A stretch of 64,000 bases of DNA from Eledone cirrhosa (Eukaryota). The stretch is taken from the NCBI GenBank assembly GCA_964016885.1, contig OZ024754.1, forward strand, positions 18,724,001 to 18,788,000. The letters run 5' to 3'. The notes beneath the pieces are model-generated. The model ran no database searches. It was not told where the DNA came from and saw nothing but the letters and a program-made list of their open reading frames with translations. Positions 26,556 through 43,551 of the stretch are shown piece by piece (position 1 is the stretch's first letter; each line of letters starts with the position of its first letter). Position numbers and translations under genes: made by a program.

Positions 26556-27072
26556 CTTGAAGCAATTCTAATGACTGTCCTGAATATTTTAAGTCTTTTA
26601 ACCATCATTTACCATGTAAACGCTATAAGCTTACGGCACAAAATTAGATTTAGAACTTCTCAAATCTTTGAGACAGTTGCCATGACTAAGTGTTTGATAT
26701 TCTCTGAGTCTGAGAAATATTTGTAATGTAATTGCTGCTATTTTAAACATTTTAGAAATGTTATAAGGCATGTAATATTCCACACAAATGTAAACTTACT
26801 GCACAAAATTAGACTTAGAACTACACGGGGTGGGGGTGGGGGTACAACTGCACAGTACAATAATCACTGTGTACCAATTAAAAGAATTGCAGTGGAATCG
26901 GTTGGTGAGAGAACTATAAGAGAAGCTGTGGAACAAGTATTTACAGACCAGCCTGCAATTATTCCATAAAAATATAGAAAACAGTAAAGATGCATATTTG
27001 GCAGTGTATTAACATGGTGCGTTGTAAATGGCGGCTGAAATTAGGAGGAATAATCAAACCACGAGGAATATA

Positions 27073-27161
<89 letters not shown>

Positions 27162-27196
27162 CATATATATACATATATACATATACATACATATAC

Positions 27197-27314
<118 letters not shown>

Positions 27315-27316
27315 GC

Positions 27317-27388
<72 letters not shown>

Positions 27389-27644
27389 GAAAAAGTGGAG
27401 AATAACATGGTCAACAGTACAAAAAGGGGGATTTATTTGCAGTCTAACAATTGTTTCACTGATAGAGTTGTCTAAAAATTGCTGAACACTGAAAGCAGTG
27501 CCACTCAATTTTAAATACGATGTTAACTCTATTAGATCTTCGGAAACTGTTCAAATTATATATGTGTAACCGGCTAACTTACAAATTCAAATTACGTCAT
27601 CAATAATAATATTAATAATAAAGATATAGAGAGAAAAGGAGGAA

Positions 27645-29550
27645 GAAAGGGAGATAGATACAGTAAAGAAAGAAAGGAGAGGAAGGAGAAAGAAGAAGAA
27701 GGAAAAAGAAAAAGAAAAAGAAAAAGAAAAAGAAAAAGAAAAAGAAAAAGAAAAAGAAAAAGAAAAAGAAAAAGAAAAAGAAAAAGAAAAAGAGAAAGAT
27801 GAAGAAAAAGGAGAAATTATTATAGATACAAATATAAAGAGAAGAAGATATATAGGAGATGATGGTAGATAGAGGAGAGACAAACATAAATAGAAATAAC
27901 GTAGGATAGAAAGAAGAATAGAGGGACAAATAAATGAATAAACGTTAATATATGAATAAATTGATAAATAAATAAATAAATAAATAAGTTATATCTAATG
28001 TGATATAAAATGGTATAAAATGTGAAAAAAAAATATTTTTTTCAATTTTACTGTTAAGAAGAATTTTGTTGTAATTTAAAATTTGGAAAAATACTCCACT
28101 GCCAACCACATAAAATTAACTATAAAAGAATTTATAATAAAAGTGGCCCGCAAATAAGTACCATAACACTTAATACAAAACATAAGCATGTAACAACATC
28201 AAAACCAAACACACGTCAAAGCACATCACCACAATACATCGACAAACCCAATTCTCAGCCCATACATAGCAACCTACAAAACCATATAGAAGAACCGGCG
28301 CATAGAAAAGCATCTAAATGTAACTGCCATCTACCTGACAAATGCCCTTTACAAAATAGATGCCTAGAGACAAATATAGTATACCTATGTACTATAAATT
28401 CAGGTAGCTTAGCATGGCATTACATTGGTTCCACAGCTGGGGAGTTTAAGAAAAGGTGGTACGTACATAGACATTCTATGACTAACAGGAATCTCTCAAA
28501 GACAACGACTCACGCCAATAAAATCTGGCAACTCAAAGATGCAAATATGGAATATAAAATCAGCTGGAAAAAGTTATCAAAAGTAAAGGCCTATCAAATT
28601 GGTATGTCCCACTGTGGTCTCTGTAATATGGAACTTTTCCAAATTTTAAATTACAACAAAATTCTTCTTAACAGTAAAATTGAAAAAACTATTTTTTGTC
28701 GACATAAATCGGCGACTAAATTTAAGAACTTTAGACCAGCTTAATTCCATCTTATCTATTCCATAACCCAGATTGTACCACTTGGATCTATTATGATATC
28801 ATATTATCAACATCATCATCATTATAATTATAATTATAACTGTCATCATCTATCAAAGAACAACATCAAAACCACTTATATTTACATTCTTATTTTATAT
28901 ATCTCTATTTTCACTCTTTATCTTTATATTTCTCTCCCTAAATTTATTTCATCTCTGTCATTTTATTTTATCATATAATATAACTTAAAACTAATTAATT
29001 AATTTATTTATTAAAATAACCAATACACGCATAAATATATTTAACATTATCATATTTTCACCTTATTATCTCTCCATATATTTCAACAATTCTCAAAAAC
29101 CATTCTTAATAATTTTAATATGTTTAAATATTCTTCGCACATTTTTACTCTTTTTACTCATTTTACGTATTTATTTTTATTCTTCATTTTTCACATTTTA
29201 TACCATTTTATATCACATTAGATATAACTTATTTATTTATTTATTTATTTATTTATCAATTTTTTAATATATTTTTTATATATCTACTTTTATTTTTATT
29301 TACATTTATTCATGTATTAACGTTTATTCATTTATTTGTCCCTCTATTCTTCTCTCTATCCTACGTTATTTTTACTTATGTTTGTCTCTCCTCTATCTAC
29401 CACCATCTCCTATATATCTTCTCTTTATATTTCTATCTATAATAATTTCTCCTTTTTCTTCATCTTTCTCTTTTTCTTTTTCTTTTTCTTTTTCCTTCTT
29501 CTTCTTTCTCCTTCCTTTCCTTTCTTTCTTTACTGTATCTATCTCCGTAT
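27645..29550 (+). mobile_element. 5'-truncated Penelope-like element with inverted arms (about 27645-28030 and 29185-29550); (AAAAAG)n expanded in the left arm
   Basis: Arms are reverse complements; internal GIY-YIG ORF. Confidence 0.85.
28300..28744 (+). pseudogene. PLE Cys linker plus GIY-YIG endonuclease (Neptune-like)
   Basis: KCNCHLPDKCPLQNRCLETNIVYLC..HYIGSTAGEFKKRWYVH..KIWQLK..ISW..CGLCNME..LLN..CRH. Confidence 0.92.
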
Positions 29551-30798
29551 ATATGTACTTTCCGGAAAAAGAAAGAAAGAGAAAAAGAGAAGGTCATCTC
29601 AAGTTCTAGTTGACACTATAGATATACACGTGAACATACGTGATCAGCTCTGTAATTTCTTATTTCACATGAAAAAATTTTCCTTTGCGTTATAAAAGAT
29701 TTTACTATATATATATATATACATACATACACATACATAAAAATATAAAATATATATTAATATTAATATTCCTGCGCTCACATACATGATTATCGTTCAT
29801 GTATAGAATAGACAACAGATATAAATATATCAAAACGCTAAGAATACTTTCATCACTCCCTAGAGTGTCTAGGGCCTTAAAAAAAACACAGTATGCCCCC
29901 CATATCAACCACAGAAATCAACCCTTCCAATTTATCTGACAATATATTGCCAAGTTCATTAGAAGCAATCAGAATCAAAAGCAAACAAAAAACCAAAATT
30001 ATTCAACAAGACTTATTTAGCAGAAATCATTTAAAAGATTTAGGAGACCCTGTTGTTCTACAGATGCTCTTATATTTAGTATAGAAGTTTATCTAGCGTA
30101 AAATTTAGGGTAGTTTAATTACATCATTAGTATATATTTATGAAGAAGGTTTAAAAAAGAAAAAGTTGAAGGAATCGAAAGATTTATCGTCATGTTTCAT
30201 AATTAATTAAATAAATATCTTACCTAAATATACTACATTTTAAATTTATATTTATATTTAAACGTTGAGTTCAATCTATGTCTGCAGCAACTGAATAAAT
30301 TGCTCCTTAGATTAAGGGAATTTTTAGATTTTAATATAAAGAATATCTCCTCCACGCAGAGGTCACATGTCTCTCTAGATATAGCTTTCTTCTCCTCCCT
30401 CTATACATGATGTAATCTATGTATCGCTGTTTTCTCTTTAGTTATTTTTTATTTTTCTCCGTCTCCTTAACACTATAACTAAATAAATAAATAAATAAAT
30501 AATTACAGTACTCCCTCCCCCCTAAATCTCTTATTTTGCATGTTGAATTATTATTATTCATCTGTTACCTCAGCTGCCTCTCATTTTTCACCTCCTCACT
30601 ATTTCTCTCTCCCATATCTCTCTCTATCTCTCTCTGTTTTTCTTTACATACATTTATTCCTTCTCTCCGTCTTTCTTTCTAACTGTACTTAACACTAAAT
30701 ATTTACAAACATTTCACTACCAAACCAACTTTTTTAAATGGAAGTTGATCAATATTTTATGGTACGTCAAATTTATTTATAAAACTGCTTATATATTG

Positions 30799-30864
30799 TA
30801 TTTTATCTGAAGAAGGCATGCCATATTTTTAATATGGTATCCCTGAAATATGTATAATGAAATA
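30799..30864 (+). ncRNA. Type I hammerhead ribozyme (family A)
   Basis: tattttat-CTGAAGA-aggcatgccatatttttaatatggtatccct-GAAA-tatgta-TA-atgaaata. Confidence 0.85.
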
Positions 30865-30905
30865 AATATGGTTTTATAAATATAGTTTCCATTTGTTTAA
30901 TATCG

Positions 30906-30938
<33 letters not shown>

Positions 30939-31052
30939 ATGTATGTACACACATATATAACATGTGTAGAGGTTTTTCTAGTCATATGCTTGGTGGTCAC
31001 CGCTCTGTCCAGTTCGTTTGTCTACCAGCATATCAGGAAAAAAGTTTTTATG

Positions 31053-31131
31053 TATTTTATCTGAGGAGGACGTATTCTACTCTATATTATACATAACACC
31101 TTTACATCTTCGAAATATATATAATGAAATA
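31053..31131 (+). ncRNA. Type I hammerhead ribozyme (family A), tandem to 30799
   Basis: tattttat-CTGAGGA-ggacgta...tacatcttc-GAAA-tatata-TA-atgaaata. Confidence 0.78.
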
Positions 31132-31191
31132 AATAGAGATAATATAAAGTATTTATCTTTCGTTTATTACTATTATATATATATATATATT

Positions 31192-34100
31192 TAGTGGTTG
31201 GCACCCCTTCGCCACGATGAGGCGTCCGGCGAGACCAAGGGACTCATCAGGGGGCAAAGAATCGGCAAATACAGGCGGCCGGCGTCGGGTTAGCAACCCG
31301 GCATTGCTGTAAAACTTCTAACCGCTAAAGAAACAGCAAGAAATCCCCCCCCCCCCAAAAAAAAAAAATGATCGGCGTAAAGATGAAGGTGTGGGAAACA
31401 CTCCACTAATGACGGACCTCGACCAAAGCCGAAAGGACGTTGGGGTTCCGATGAGCCGGATTCTGAGCACCAAAACAAAGATGCGAATTGGAACTTGGAA
31501 CGTGCGTACACTATACCAGGCAGGAAAGCTGGCTCAGCTACTTCGCGAGTTCGACCACTACCAGCTGGACATTCTGGGCGTGAGTGGAATGCGCTGGACC
31601 GGCAGCGGAAAGATGAGTGACATCGGAGACACAACTCTGCTCTACTCTGGACAACAAGACAAGCAGGTTCATGACGTTGGACTTGTGCTTAGCGCCCGAG
31701 CAACTCGAGCATTGATCGGATGGGAGCCAGTCAGCGAGGCATCATAACCTCCCGTTTTCAAAGTGGGCATGCGAAAATCACTGTTGTTCAGGGCTACGCA
31801 CCGATTGATGACGCAACCGACATCGATAAGGACGCCTTCTAAGAACAGCTGCAGGACACATTTAATAACTTGCCCAGCCATGACATCAAACTACTGATCG
31901 GTGATTTCAACACTCAGATTGGCTGCAACAGACAGGGACTGGAACAGGTCACTGGGCCATACGGTTCTGCTGCGGTCACCACGGACAACGGCGAGAGACT
32001 GCAGCTGTTTTGTGCCATCAACAGCTTGTGCATTAGCAACACCTATTTCAAACACAAGGTGATTCACAAGGCTACTTGGCAGTCTCCGGACCAGAAAAGC
32101 CGAAACGAGATCGACTACATCTGCATCAAGCAGCGTTGGTGGTCCTCGGTACGTGACGTCAGAGTGTACCCAGGTGCGGACGTGGGCTCAGACCACCACC
32201 TACTGTGTGCGGAACGTCAGCTGCGCCTGAAGAAACGGACACGACAGGAAAGACCAAAGCCATATGCAATGGAGAAGCTGAAGTATCCCGGTCAAGCGCG
32301 GCTGTACCAACTGGCGCTGGACGATGTTCATGTCAGCGGTGACTGAGGCAGTACAAGAAACTATTGGCCGAAGACGAGGAACGAGGAGGGAAACATGGAT
32401 CCAAGAACCAACGTGGGACCTGATTGGCAAAAGTCGAGCGAGATTCTGCCAGATCGGAGGAAGACCAAAAGGAAAGAGATGCCGTATACCGCCAAATCGA
32501 CCAACTGGTAAAGCGAAGCTGCCGGCGGGACAAACGTGACTGGCTGGAGAAAAAGGGTGCTGAGGCAGAGGAAGTTGCTGGTCGAAACGACACAAAAGCA
32601 CTGTTCCGCATCGTGAGGGAGTTGACAGGAATGTCGAGCGGTGCCAGCATGCCAGTGAAGGACAAAAATGGCAAGACGTTGACCACTGGAGCGGAACAGG
32701 AGCAGAGATGGATGGAGCACTTCCGGGAGACGCTGAACCAACCAAATCCGGTCGCCCTGATAGACTTGACCGCAGAGACTCCAGCAACCACTGAGGTACT
32801 CAAAGTCTGCGAGGACCATATCACCAAGCAAGAGACGAGAAATGCGATTAGCCACTTGAGGAACGGCAAAGCAGGCGGACTGGATGAGATCTCTGCTGAG
32901 CTGCTCAAATTCGGTGAGGAGAGCACGATAACGGCGTTGACAGACTTGATGAATCACTGCTGGAGGGTTGGTCGGGTTCCCCATTGAGTGGTGTCATCGT
33001 CAAACTGCCGAAGAAGGGAAACCTGGCAGACTGCAACAACTGGCGTGGTATCACATTGCTGTCAGTCCCAGGCAAGGCGTTCTGCACTGTGCTGCTGCGT
33101 CGACTCCGGCAGGCTGTCGACTCTGTGCTCCAGGAGGAACAAGCCGGCTTCCGAAAAAATCGATCTTGCACAGAACAGATCTTTACACTACGCAACATTA
33201 TCGGTCAATTTTATTGATTTCCAGAAGGCATTCGACAGTGTACACCGGGATTCGCTGTAGAATGTTGCGCAACTGTACGGCATTCCTGAAAGATTCATCG
33301 CCATTTCCAAGGCCCTGTATGGAAACTCCAGCTGCTGCGTGCGGACTGAGTCCGGTGTGACGGAGTTCTTTGACATTGTCTCCGGAGTCAGACAGGGTTG
33401 CATTCTCTCTCCACTGTTGTTCCTGCTGGCAGCCGATTTCGTACTAAGGCGAATGGATGAAGGACCCGGTCGAGGAATCCCATAGAGAGGGCAGTCGAGG
33501 CTGAGGGACCTGGCATTCGCCGACGACATCGCTTTGATCGCTGAAAACAGTGCAGATCTGCAGGCCCTAACAACATCCCTACAAGAGAGTGCGGAAAAGA
33601 TCGGCCTGAGAATCAACACCTAAAAGACCAAGGTCATGAGAACGGCCAGCAACACAGGTCCAGTGATCAGAGTCAACCAACAGGACCTCGAGGAAGTCGA
33701 TCACTTCACCTATCGGGGCAGCATCCTGACAAGCAGCGGCGACGCGGAGCTCGACATCAACTGTCGGATCGGCAAAGGAGCCGCAGTTTTCCAGCGGCTG
33801 TGCCCAGTCTGGTCGTCTTCATGCATTAGCACTAAGACCAAGCTACGCCTGTACAAGAGCATCGTGCTGCCGACAGTGCTTTATGCGAGCGAGACCTGGA
33901 AGAGCACGGACAAAATAGAGAGACGGCTGAACGCTTTCCACCAGCGGTGCCTGCGAAAGATCCTTCGTGTGTCCTGGCGCGACCGAGTGCGAAACGAGGA
34001 GATCCTGTGGAGAGCCGAGTCGTGGACGCTACAGAGAATGGTCACGGAGCGTCGGTGCCGTCTGGCTGGCCATATTCTGCGTCTGCCAAATAAACGGCAT

Positions 34101-34215
34101 TCGAAAACAGCGATGAAGTGGACTCCGCCTGGCGGTAAACGGAGGCGGGGTTGCCAAAGGATCACCTGGCGACGAACGTTCCGGAAGGACCTGATGGGAG
34201 AGTAAGAAACAGAGA
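31192..34215 (+). mobile_element. Near full-length RTE-clade LINE (APE + RT), decayed by stops and frameshifts
   Basis: RIGTWNVRTL, LLIGDFN, NEIDYI, GSDHH, LPKKGNLADCNNWRGITLLS, EEQAGFR, FIDFQKAFDS, GVRQGCILSP, FADD, LYASETW, RLAGHILR. Confidence 0.95.
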
Positions 34216-34669
34216 GGCAAAGTGTTGGATACACTATGTATATGTGTCAGTGTAGAGACATGTGTGTGTGATGTGTGTGGAAATAAGAGGGGAAGGAAAG
34301 CAATAACTATTAACATGTGTGCGTATGTTTATGTGTGTGTGTGCGTGCGTGCGTGCCGCGTTCCACAGAAAGTAAAAACTATCAACATGTGTGAGTGTGT
34401 GCGTGTGTGTAAGTGCATGGGTGCGTGTGTAAGGTTGCGTGCATGTGCGCGTTTCCATGCGTGTATGTGTGTGTACGTGCGGCGTTCCACAATCGCCACG
34501 CAGTTTATCTGTCTGTGTGCCTGTCTGTCAGTCTAACATACACAGAGTTGTGAAGGGAGTAAATTAGATAAGCATGTTATCCATATCCATATTAATTTGG
34601 CATTTGTATAAACCATTTCAAGTAAATAGGGACCTTTTTTACATTGACGGACATCTTTTATATTAATTA

Positions 34670-35030
34670 TCTATATCTATATCTACATATAATATAAAGG
34701 ATTGGAACTTCCATAATCCTTTTGAGAAACGTGGAACAACCACGTCTATGCAAAGATACACGTTTTACAGCCAGGCAGAGGATGAACCATCTCCCAGAGG
34801 TCACTATTCTAGGTGATAGCACCTAGAATTGTTCGTATACTATGCACAAATGGTACAACGAAGAATCTGGTATATCTGGAAGATTTTTTTTACTGTTTTT
34901 TTTTGTATCACACAGACACCACGGACTCGCCTCATACTGTAACCAGACAAACATCCAATACAGTCATTTTCTCTTTTACCTGTCTTCTCTTATCATCTGT
35001 TTACCCGGGCGAAGCTGGGTACGTCAGCTA

Positions 35031-35031
<1 letters not shown>
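34670..35031 (+). mobile_element. Probable non-autonomous Helitron
   Basis: 5' TCTATATCTAT..ATAAA; 3' hairpin acccgggc-gaa-gctgggt followed by CTAG|T. Confidence 0.6.
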
Positions 35032-35073
<42 letters not shown>

Positions 35074-35089
35074 TATATAATTAAATATA

Positions 35090-35173
<84 letters not shown>

Positions 35174-35877
35174 TTATATATCACAAAGTGACACGTATAT
35201 GTTAGAATACCATGCAAACGTACGCCGGCACACACACACACACACACACACACATAGACATATATATATATTAACGCTTTACACCACTGTTGCCAAATAG
35301 AAAGCAGTTTTCTTCTCAATGACGTTGTACACATAGATCAATAGGGTTTTGCCTCTTGTAGAACATCCTTTAACTATATTCTTGGCAGCACTGTTAATCG
35401 CATCTATTATCGATTTCTTTTACTACAACAGAACATGAACAAGAACAAAAATGGCCGCTGTCCATTTCACGGGTTCATTTTTAACTTAAAGTCTATTACA
35501 TCTCTCTCTCTCTCCAGTGTTTCTGCAATTAGTATGACATTTGTGTGTATATATCTGTGTATGTGTCTCTCTCTCTGTGTGTCTGTGTATGTGTGTGTCT
35601 GTGTATGTGTGTGTTTGTCTGTGTGAATGTGGATGGATCCTTAACTATTGATAGTATCGTAGGGGCGCCGTCCGTTATGACATACGGCCTATCATGAACA
35701 TTTTATGCCAGGTGGAGCCCGCCCCCTGCAAGTCAGAACTACTTGCCAGCTTATTGAATTGGAACAACGAGCTGCTCTCCACCTTAATATCTTTAGTCGA
35801 ATACCCTAACCATTTAGCCATTCATTTTCACAACTTGTGGTTACTTCCCAGAAACTCTTTGTCTCTATTTGTTCCAA

Positions 35878-36027
<150 letters not shown>

Positions 36028-36297
36028 GAGAGAGATAAAAGAGAGAGAAAGAGGGTAAGATTTTGAAGCTGACTAATCGTTAAAAAACTACCAAAATTGG
36101 AGATACAATATATTGTAAAAGGTCTACCAACTATATACAACATCTTTCAGTACATGGAGGTTATGAAAAGATTCACCAACAGGATATTCTAGCTGCTTTA
36201 CAGCTTTCCTTGCTTCCTATTTGACTTTATATTTTATATGCTCATTTTGCCCCCAATTGGCCTTCCCTATTTAGCCCTTTAGCATTTATATTATATA

Positions 36298-37392
36298 CTA
36301 GCAGTGTATCCCGGCGTTGCACGGGTAAGAAAATTTGTAATGGCACCTCCAATGAGAAACGTTTATTTGTGAGTGCTTGTTAAATACTCACGAAAATATA
36401 CCCACAGGAAACTTGTTTTATTTAGAGAAAATTAAGAAGTTGAAAGTACAGTTTAGCTGTCTACGTGCATTGTTCATAGAAATATTGTTGAGCCCCTTCT
36501 TTTCATACTCCTCTGATTTGGCCTATTGTAGTAAATGTGAAAGAGAAAGTCACAGGTTAAGTTGGCAGAAGGTTCCAGTGCAATAGCAGTAAGGCGTAGA
36601 GGCTATTTACCTCAAAAGTTCATTCGCACTCTTTTCACAAAGTTACTCTTTCTTTTTATCCCTGTCGGAGCAGTCCCTTACGAATTTCTCGCGTAGGCCT
36701 GGTGTAGATTTGCACCCGATCCATCTATCCGATGCACATGTCCGCTTTGTACGGCTTTTGGAGGAAGCAGTGACCAGCAGTACGTTGTTCGGTATTATTA
36801 CGAAAAGGTGTAGCAGAGAACTAACAGCTCGGGAGGAAACTGCTTACCTCGAAGATTCATTCGCCATCGTTCTTGTCAACGCTCCGTTTAGTTGGTATTT
36901 GTTGGTCTACAGTTAGATGAATGGCGCACAAAGAGTTAATGTTTGTTGGCAAGAAGTGGCAACTTGCCTCGCTTATATAATATATTAAAATAAGAGATTA
37001 AAGTTTGAGCAAAGAATCGTTGCTTTCACCCTTAACGGGATCTTCTGAAACTAAAAAAAATCAATCTGTGAACGCAGAAGTAAATATTTCGAAACAAATT
37101 TGCAACCGAAGGAAAACAGGAAGACGATACTTTGGTTCGTAAAGACGTTCCCTGGCAATGAACGGAAAATAGCGAAGATAATACGTCATCAATGTTTGTC
37201 AGAATGTCGTAATGCAGAGAGATTATTAATGCGCGACGGAGATCGATAACCAGCGCCTAACACCCCTTTAACAATAGAAAATTGAAAAATAAAAGCTGCA
37301 GTTAATATCCTTAGACCGCAAGGAATATATAAATGCAAGTTTGAAGTCAATCGGAGTAGAAATGTGGATTTGTATAGACTTTGCAAAAATGA

Positions 37393-37488
<96 letters not shown>

Positions 37489-37513
37489 ACAACTACAGTT
37501 TTATATATATAGA
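36298..37513 (-). mobile_element. Probable non-autonomous Helitron with internal (CA)n and a nested repeat at about 36985-37100
   Basis: Reverse-complement 5' end TCTATATATATAAAACTG; 3' hairpin acccgtgc-aac-gccgggat then CTAG|T. Confidence 0.65.
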
Positions 37514-38067
37514 GAGTTTCATGGTAAAGGCTTTACCTCATATAATTATCTCACATAATATCGAATCTATGATATTTTGATATTATTTATTTTGAGAACA
37601 ATACCTTAACATTGGTATGAGCGGTCACTTATGACCAGTTTGAACAGAAACAGACGAGAGAATTCTGGCCAGATAAGGACGGTTTAAATGACAATGGGTT
37701 AAATTAATTAATTTTGTTTTTTAATTGCACCGAAATGAAGGTTCTGCTTGACTACACAGCCGCGACGCGCCACCCCTATATCTGTACTAAACTATACATG
37801 CATACATGCTGATGGCTGCCCCCTCGTTATCGAGTATGGCCATTGCACGAAAAAAGAATAATAATAATAATAATAATAATAACAATAACAACAATAATAA
37901 TAATTATAGGAGAGAAAAGATTATATATATATATATATACACATACACATACACACACACATACACATATCTATATATACATACACACATACACATACAT
38001 ATACATACACACATACACACACATACATACACACACACACATACATATACACACACACACAATAACA

Positions 38068-40595
38068 ATTAACGGGGCTGTGATTGAATGTGGCTTTTTA
38101 GCCCAGCCAATGATCTAAAATGTCTTGCACAGAGTCGGCAACCAAAACATTCACTGGGAATAACCGGCTGTGGTTGGAGTTCATGTACTTTGAGTGCATG
38201 TCGTTTGAGCCCTCCTGCTGATCTACACATGCTTGGCAGGCATGATGAGTAGCATCACCAACAGCAGCCTGGTAGTCAACCACTGGTCTCACTTTATGAC
38301 TGCGAAGATGACTTTCTGTTCCAGCTTTGCTTAGGCAGAGTCTCACACAGACGCTGCATGTCAGCGCCGTAGGAGGAACTTCGCCGCCTGGAAATGCAAC
38401 AGCAATGACTTTCCTCATATCCCTTTCTCGTAAGCGATTCGAGGTGCCCCAGAAGCAACTTTCCCCTCATGTACAGTCTTTCTCCATTTATTACGATCAG
38501 CAGCTTCGCTTTCCCATGTATCAGCAGAGATGTTAGCGACTTTCAAAGAGGCTTTCAACGAATCCTTATACCTCTTATTTTGGTTTATGTGGAGGTCGTT
38601 TCCCTTTAACTAACTCTCCATAAAAGAGTTGTTTCGGTATTCTAGAATCCTTCACCCTGGCAAGGTGACCACTCCAAGAGCTTCTATACTTTCACACAGA
38701 GAGCTTTCCAAAATCTCGACATCACTGATGTGGTCTCTCCAGTGAACGCCATGGATCCGTCTGAGACACATCTGATGGAGACGCTCCAATTGTTTAAGGT
38801 GGTATCGATATGTGACCCAGGTCTCGCAGGCATAAAGAAAAGAAGAGAACACACATGCCTTGTACACCTTTACCTTTGTCTTCTTGCATATGTCTTGCCG
38901 ACCCCAGAGGTGCCTTTCTAGCTTTCCCAAAGCATCACTTGCTTTCTTAATCCTGAGTGGAATTTCATTATCAAGATTGCTGCATCGATTGACAGTGCTT
39001 CCCAGGTAGACAAACTGATCAACCGCTCCAATTCGTTTACCATACACATAGATATTTGGCTCACTGTACTGCTTACCAGGGGCAGGTTGGTACATGACGA
39101 CGGTTTTCTTGAGACTGACAGTCAATCCTAGGGCAGTGCAAGCATCAGAAAATGCATTCAAAATATGCTGCATATCAATCTGTGTGTGCGCTACAAGATC
39201 GCAATCATCTGCATACAAGAGGTCTCTTATGATAGAGGTAGATACTTTTGTTTTTGCAGCAAAGCGCCTGATGTTAAATATGCTGCCAGAGGTTCGATAG
39301 TAGATCTAAACATCATGCTTGCAATTCCTTAATGCAATATAGAAAACCATTGCAAAGTATATGGGAAACAGGGTCGGTGCTGGAATATCCCCGTTTCACT
39401 CCATTTTTTACTGAGATAGGCTCTGACATGTTACCTCTGACATTAACCCAAGCCTTCATGTCGTCATGGAAAGACCTAACCAAAGCAAGGAATTTATCAG
39501 GGCAACCAAGTTTCTGGAGAACCTTCCACAATGCATTTATATTAACAGTATCGAAAGCTTTTGTCAGATCGGCAAAAACCTGATGCAGATCCAAACCTTG
39601 TTCCATGCACTTCTCCTGGAGCAGTCTAGCAGAAAACGAGATTGACTTTCAGGAAGAACACAATCTGAAATGTGTGTCAGCAGAAGGTCCAGAAGCTCCC
39701 TACATAACATTTTTCCTACGACAGAAAGCAATAATATACCTCTGTAGTTTCCACAATCATTCTTGTTACCCTTTCCCTTGTACAAGACCACCATTACAGC
39801 ATCTTTCCAGTCCTCAGGTATGGATTCACTAGCCCATATCCTGCCAAATAAAGAGTAAGATGTCGCAGAAGTCTCTCACCACCATATTGTAAGAGCTCAG
39901 CATGTATGCCATCCATACCTGGAGACCTTCCACTGTTCAGCTTCGAAGTAGCTACTGCAACCTCCACAAGCGTCGGTGGTTCTGCGAGAGCTACTTTCAC
40001 TTTTTCAGGAAGGAGATTGGGGAAATCTTCATTGACGACAGACAGCTGATTCAAAATTTCATCAAAGTGTTGTTGCCACCTTCGCAGAATTCCTTGTGAG
40101 TCACGAAGTTCCTTACTATCCTTGGTGCGAAGCTGTGTCACCAGAGAAGAAGACGGTCCACAAACTTCACGCAAGAGACTGTACAACAGCTTTGTGTTAT
40201 TGGAATCTGGTGCAGCTTGCATCTCATCAGCCTTCTCACTCCACTTATCCTCCATCTGAGAAAGCCTCCGCTTCACACGTGATTTCACATCCTTGAGTTC
40301 CTTATGCAACATATTCTTCTCCTGTGGTTTTGATGAGCAAGTAGCGTGACAGAGCACACCTCATATCAGCCAACAATTCATCTATATGTTCATCATTTTC
40401 ATTAAACCAGTCTTGATGCTTTCTCTGCACCAATCCCAAAACACGCCTGCCTAAATCATAAACCGACTAAGGGTCGGCCAATCCTCACCATAATCTGCAG
40501 CGTGCATCTCTTCTTGCAATGTCGTCTTCACATTATTATCTCTAAGACGAGCAGCATTCAGTTTCTTAGGCAGGGTAACACCAGGAGCTCGGATT
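38068..40595 (-). mobile_element. 5'-truncated RTE/BovB-like LINE, decayed, with C-terminal C2H2-like motif
   Basis: SPGMDGIHAELL, LYKGKGNKNDCGNYRGILLLS, FADLTKAFDTV, YADDCDLVAH..GLTVSLKKT, FVYLGS, LYACETW, CSVCVRLC..HLRSH. Confidence 0.93.
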
Positions 40596-40689
40596 TTACA
40601 TATATACATACAGGCATACATACATAAATACATACATACATATATACATATATATATATATGAATTTGTTTTGCAATGTTTTTTTATAT

Positions 40690-41929
<1,240 letters not shown>

Positions 41930-42143
41930 CGAGTAGGACCCCGACGGCTGAGCTCAAGCCGTTTCGACGGCTAATTCTGGACTAAAAAAAAAAAATTTTT
42001 CTTTTTAGTCCAGAATTAGCCGTCGAAACGGCTTGAGCTCAGCCGTCGGGGTCCTACTCGTTCCTATTACCCACTCTACTACCTTAAGTATTGAGTACTT
42101 TGGTGCGTTATGGTCCACCTGGTTCCTTACCACATTTCCTTCG

Positions 42144-42177
<34 letters not shown>

Positions 42178-42277
42178 GGAGGCTTAGTAAAATCGAATCT
42201 TTGGCCGTGTGCAAGCAAATTCGACTATATGAATGAGTTAGCAAAGCACTCGACAAGGTAGGTCCTTAGAGTAATAA

Positions 42278-43168
<891 letters not shown>

Positions 43169-43247
43169 CATATATATATATACATATATATATATACATA
43201 TATATATACACACACACACACATATATATATATAAATAAATAAATAA

Positions 43248-43338
<91 letters not shown>

Positions 43339-43345
43339 TATATAC

Positions 43346-43392
<47 letters not shown>

Positions 43393-43506
43393 GTATATTT
43401 GGTAATATACTGTATGTTTAATTAAAAACATTTTGAAGACCTTGCGCTATTATTTTAAAGTTGTGACTATGTCACATACTTCTTTTTTCAGCAAAGGAAG
43501 GGAGAG

Positions 43507-43551
43507 AAGCTGACAGATTCTGTTTCACACTGTTGGTGTTCATCAGGGCCT
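43507..43551 (-). ncRNA. Type I hammerhead ribozyme
   Basis: Reverse complement: aggcc-CTGATGA-acaccaacagtgt-GAAA-cagaatctg-TC-agctt (one stem I mismatch). Confidence 0.8.

Noticed and set aside
32200-33619. Long minus-strand ORFs (195-207 aa) over the LINE
   Set aside because: Antisense shadows of the GC-rich RTE coding sequence
37600-37705. Possible piggyBac-like end (gggTTAA); also a Tc1-like cagggtgt end at 43683
   Set aside because: No matching second terminus was found in either case
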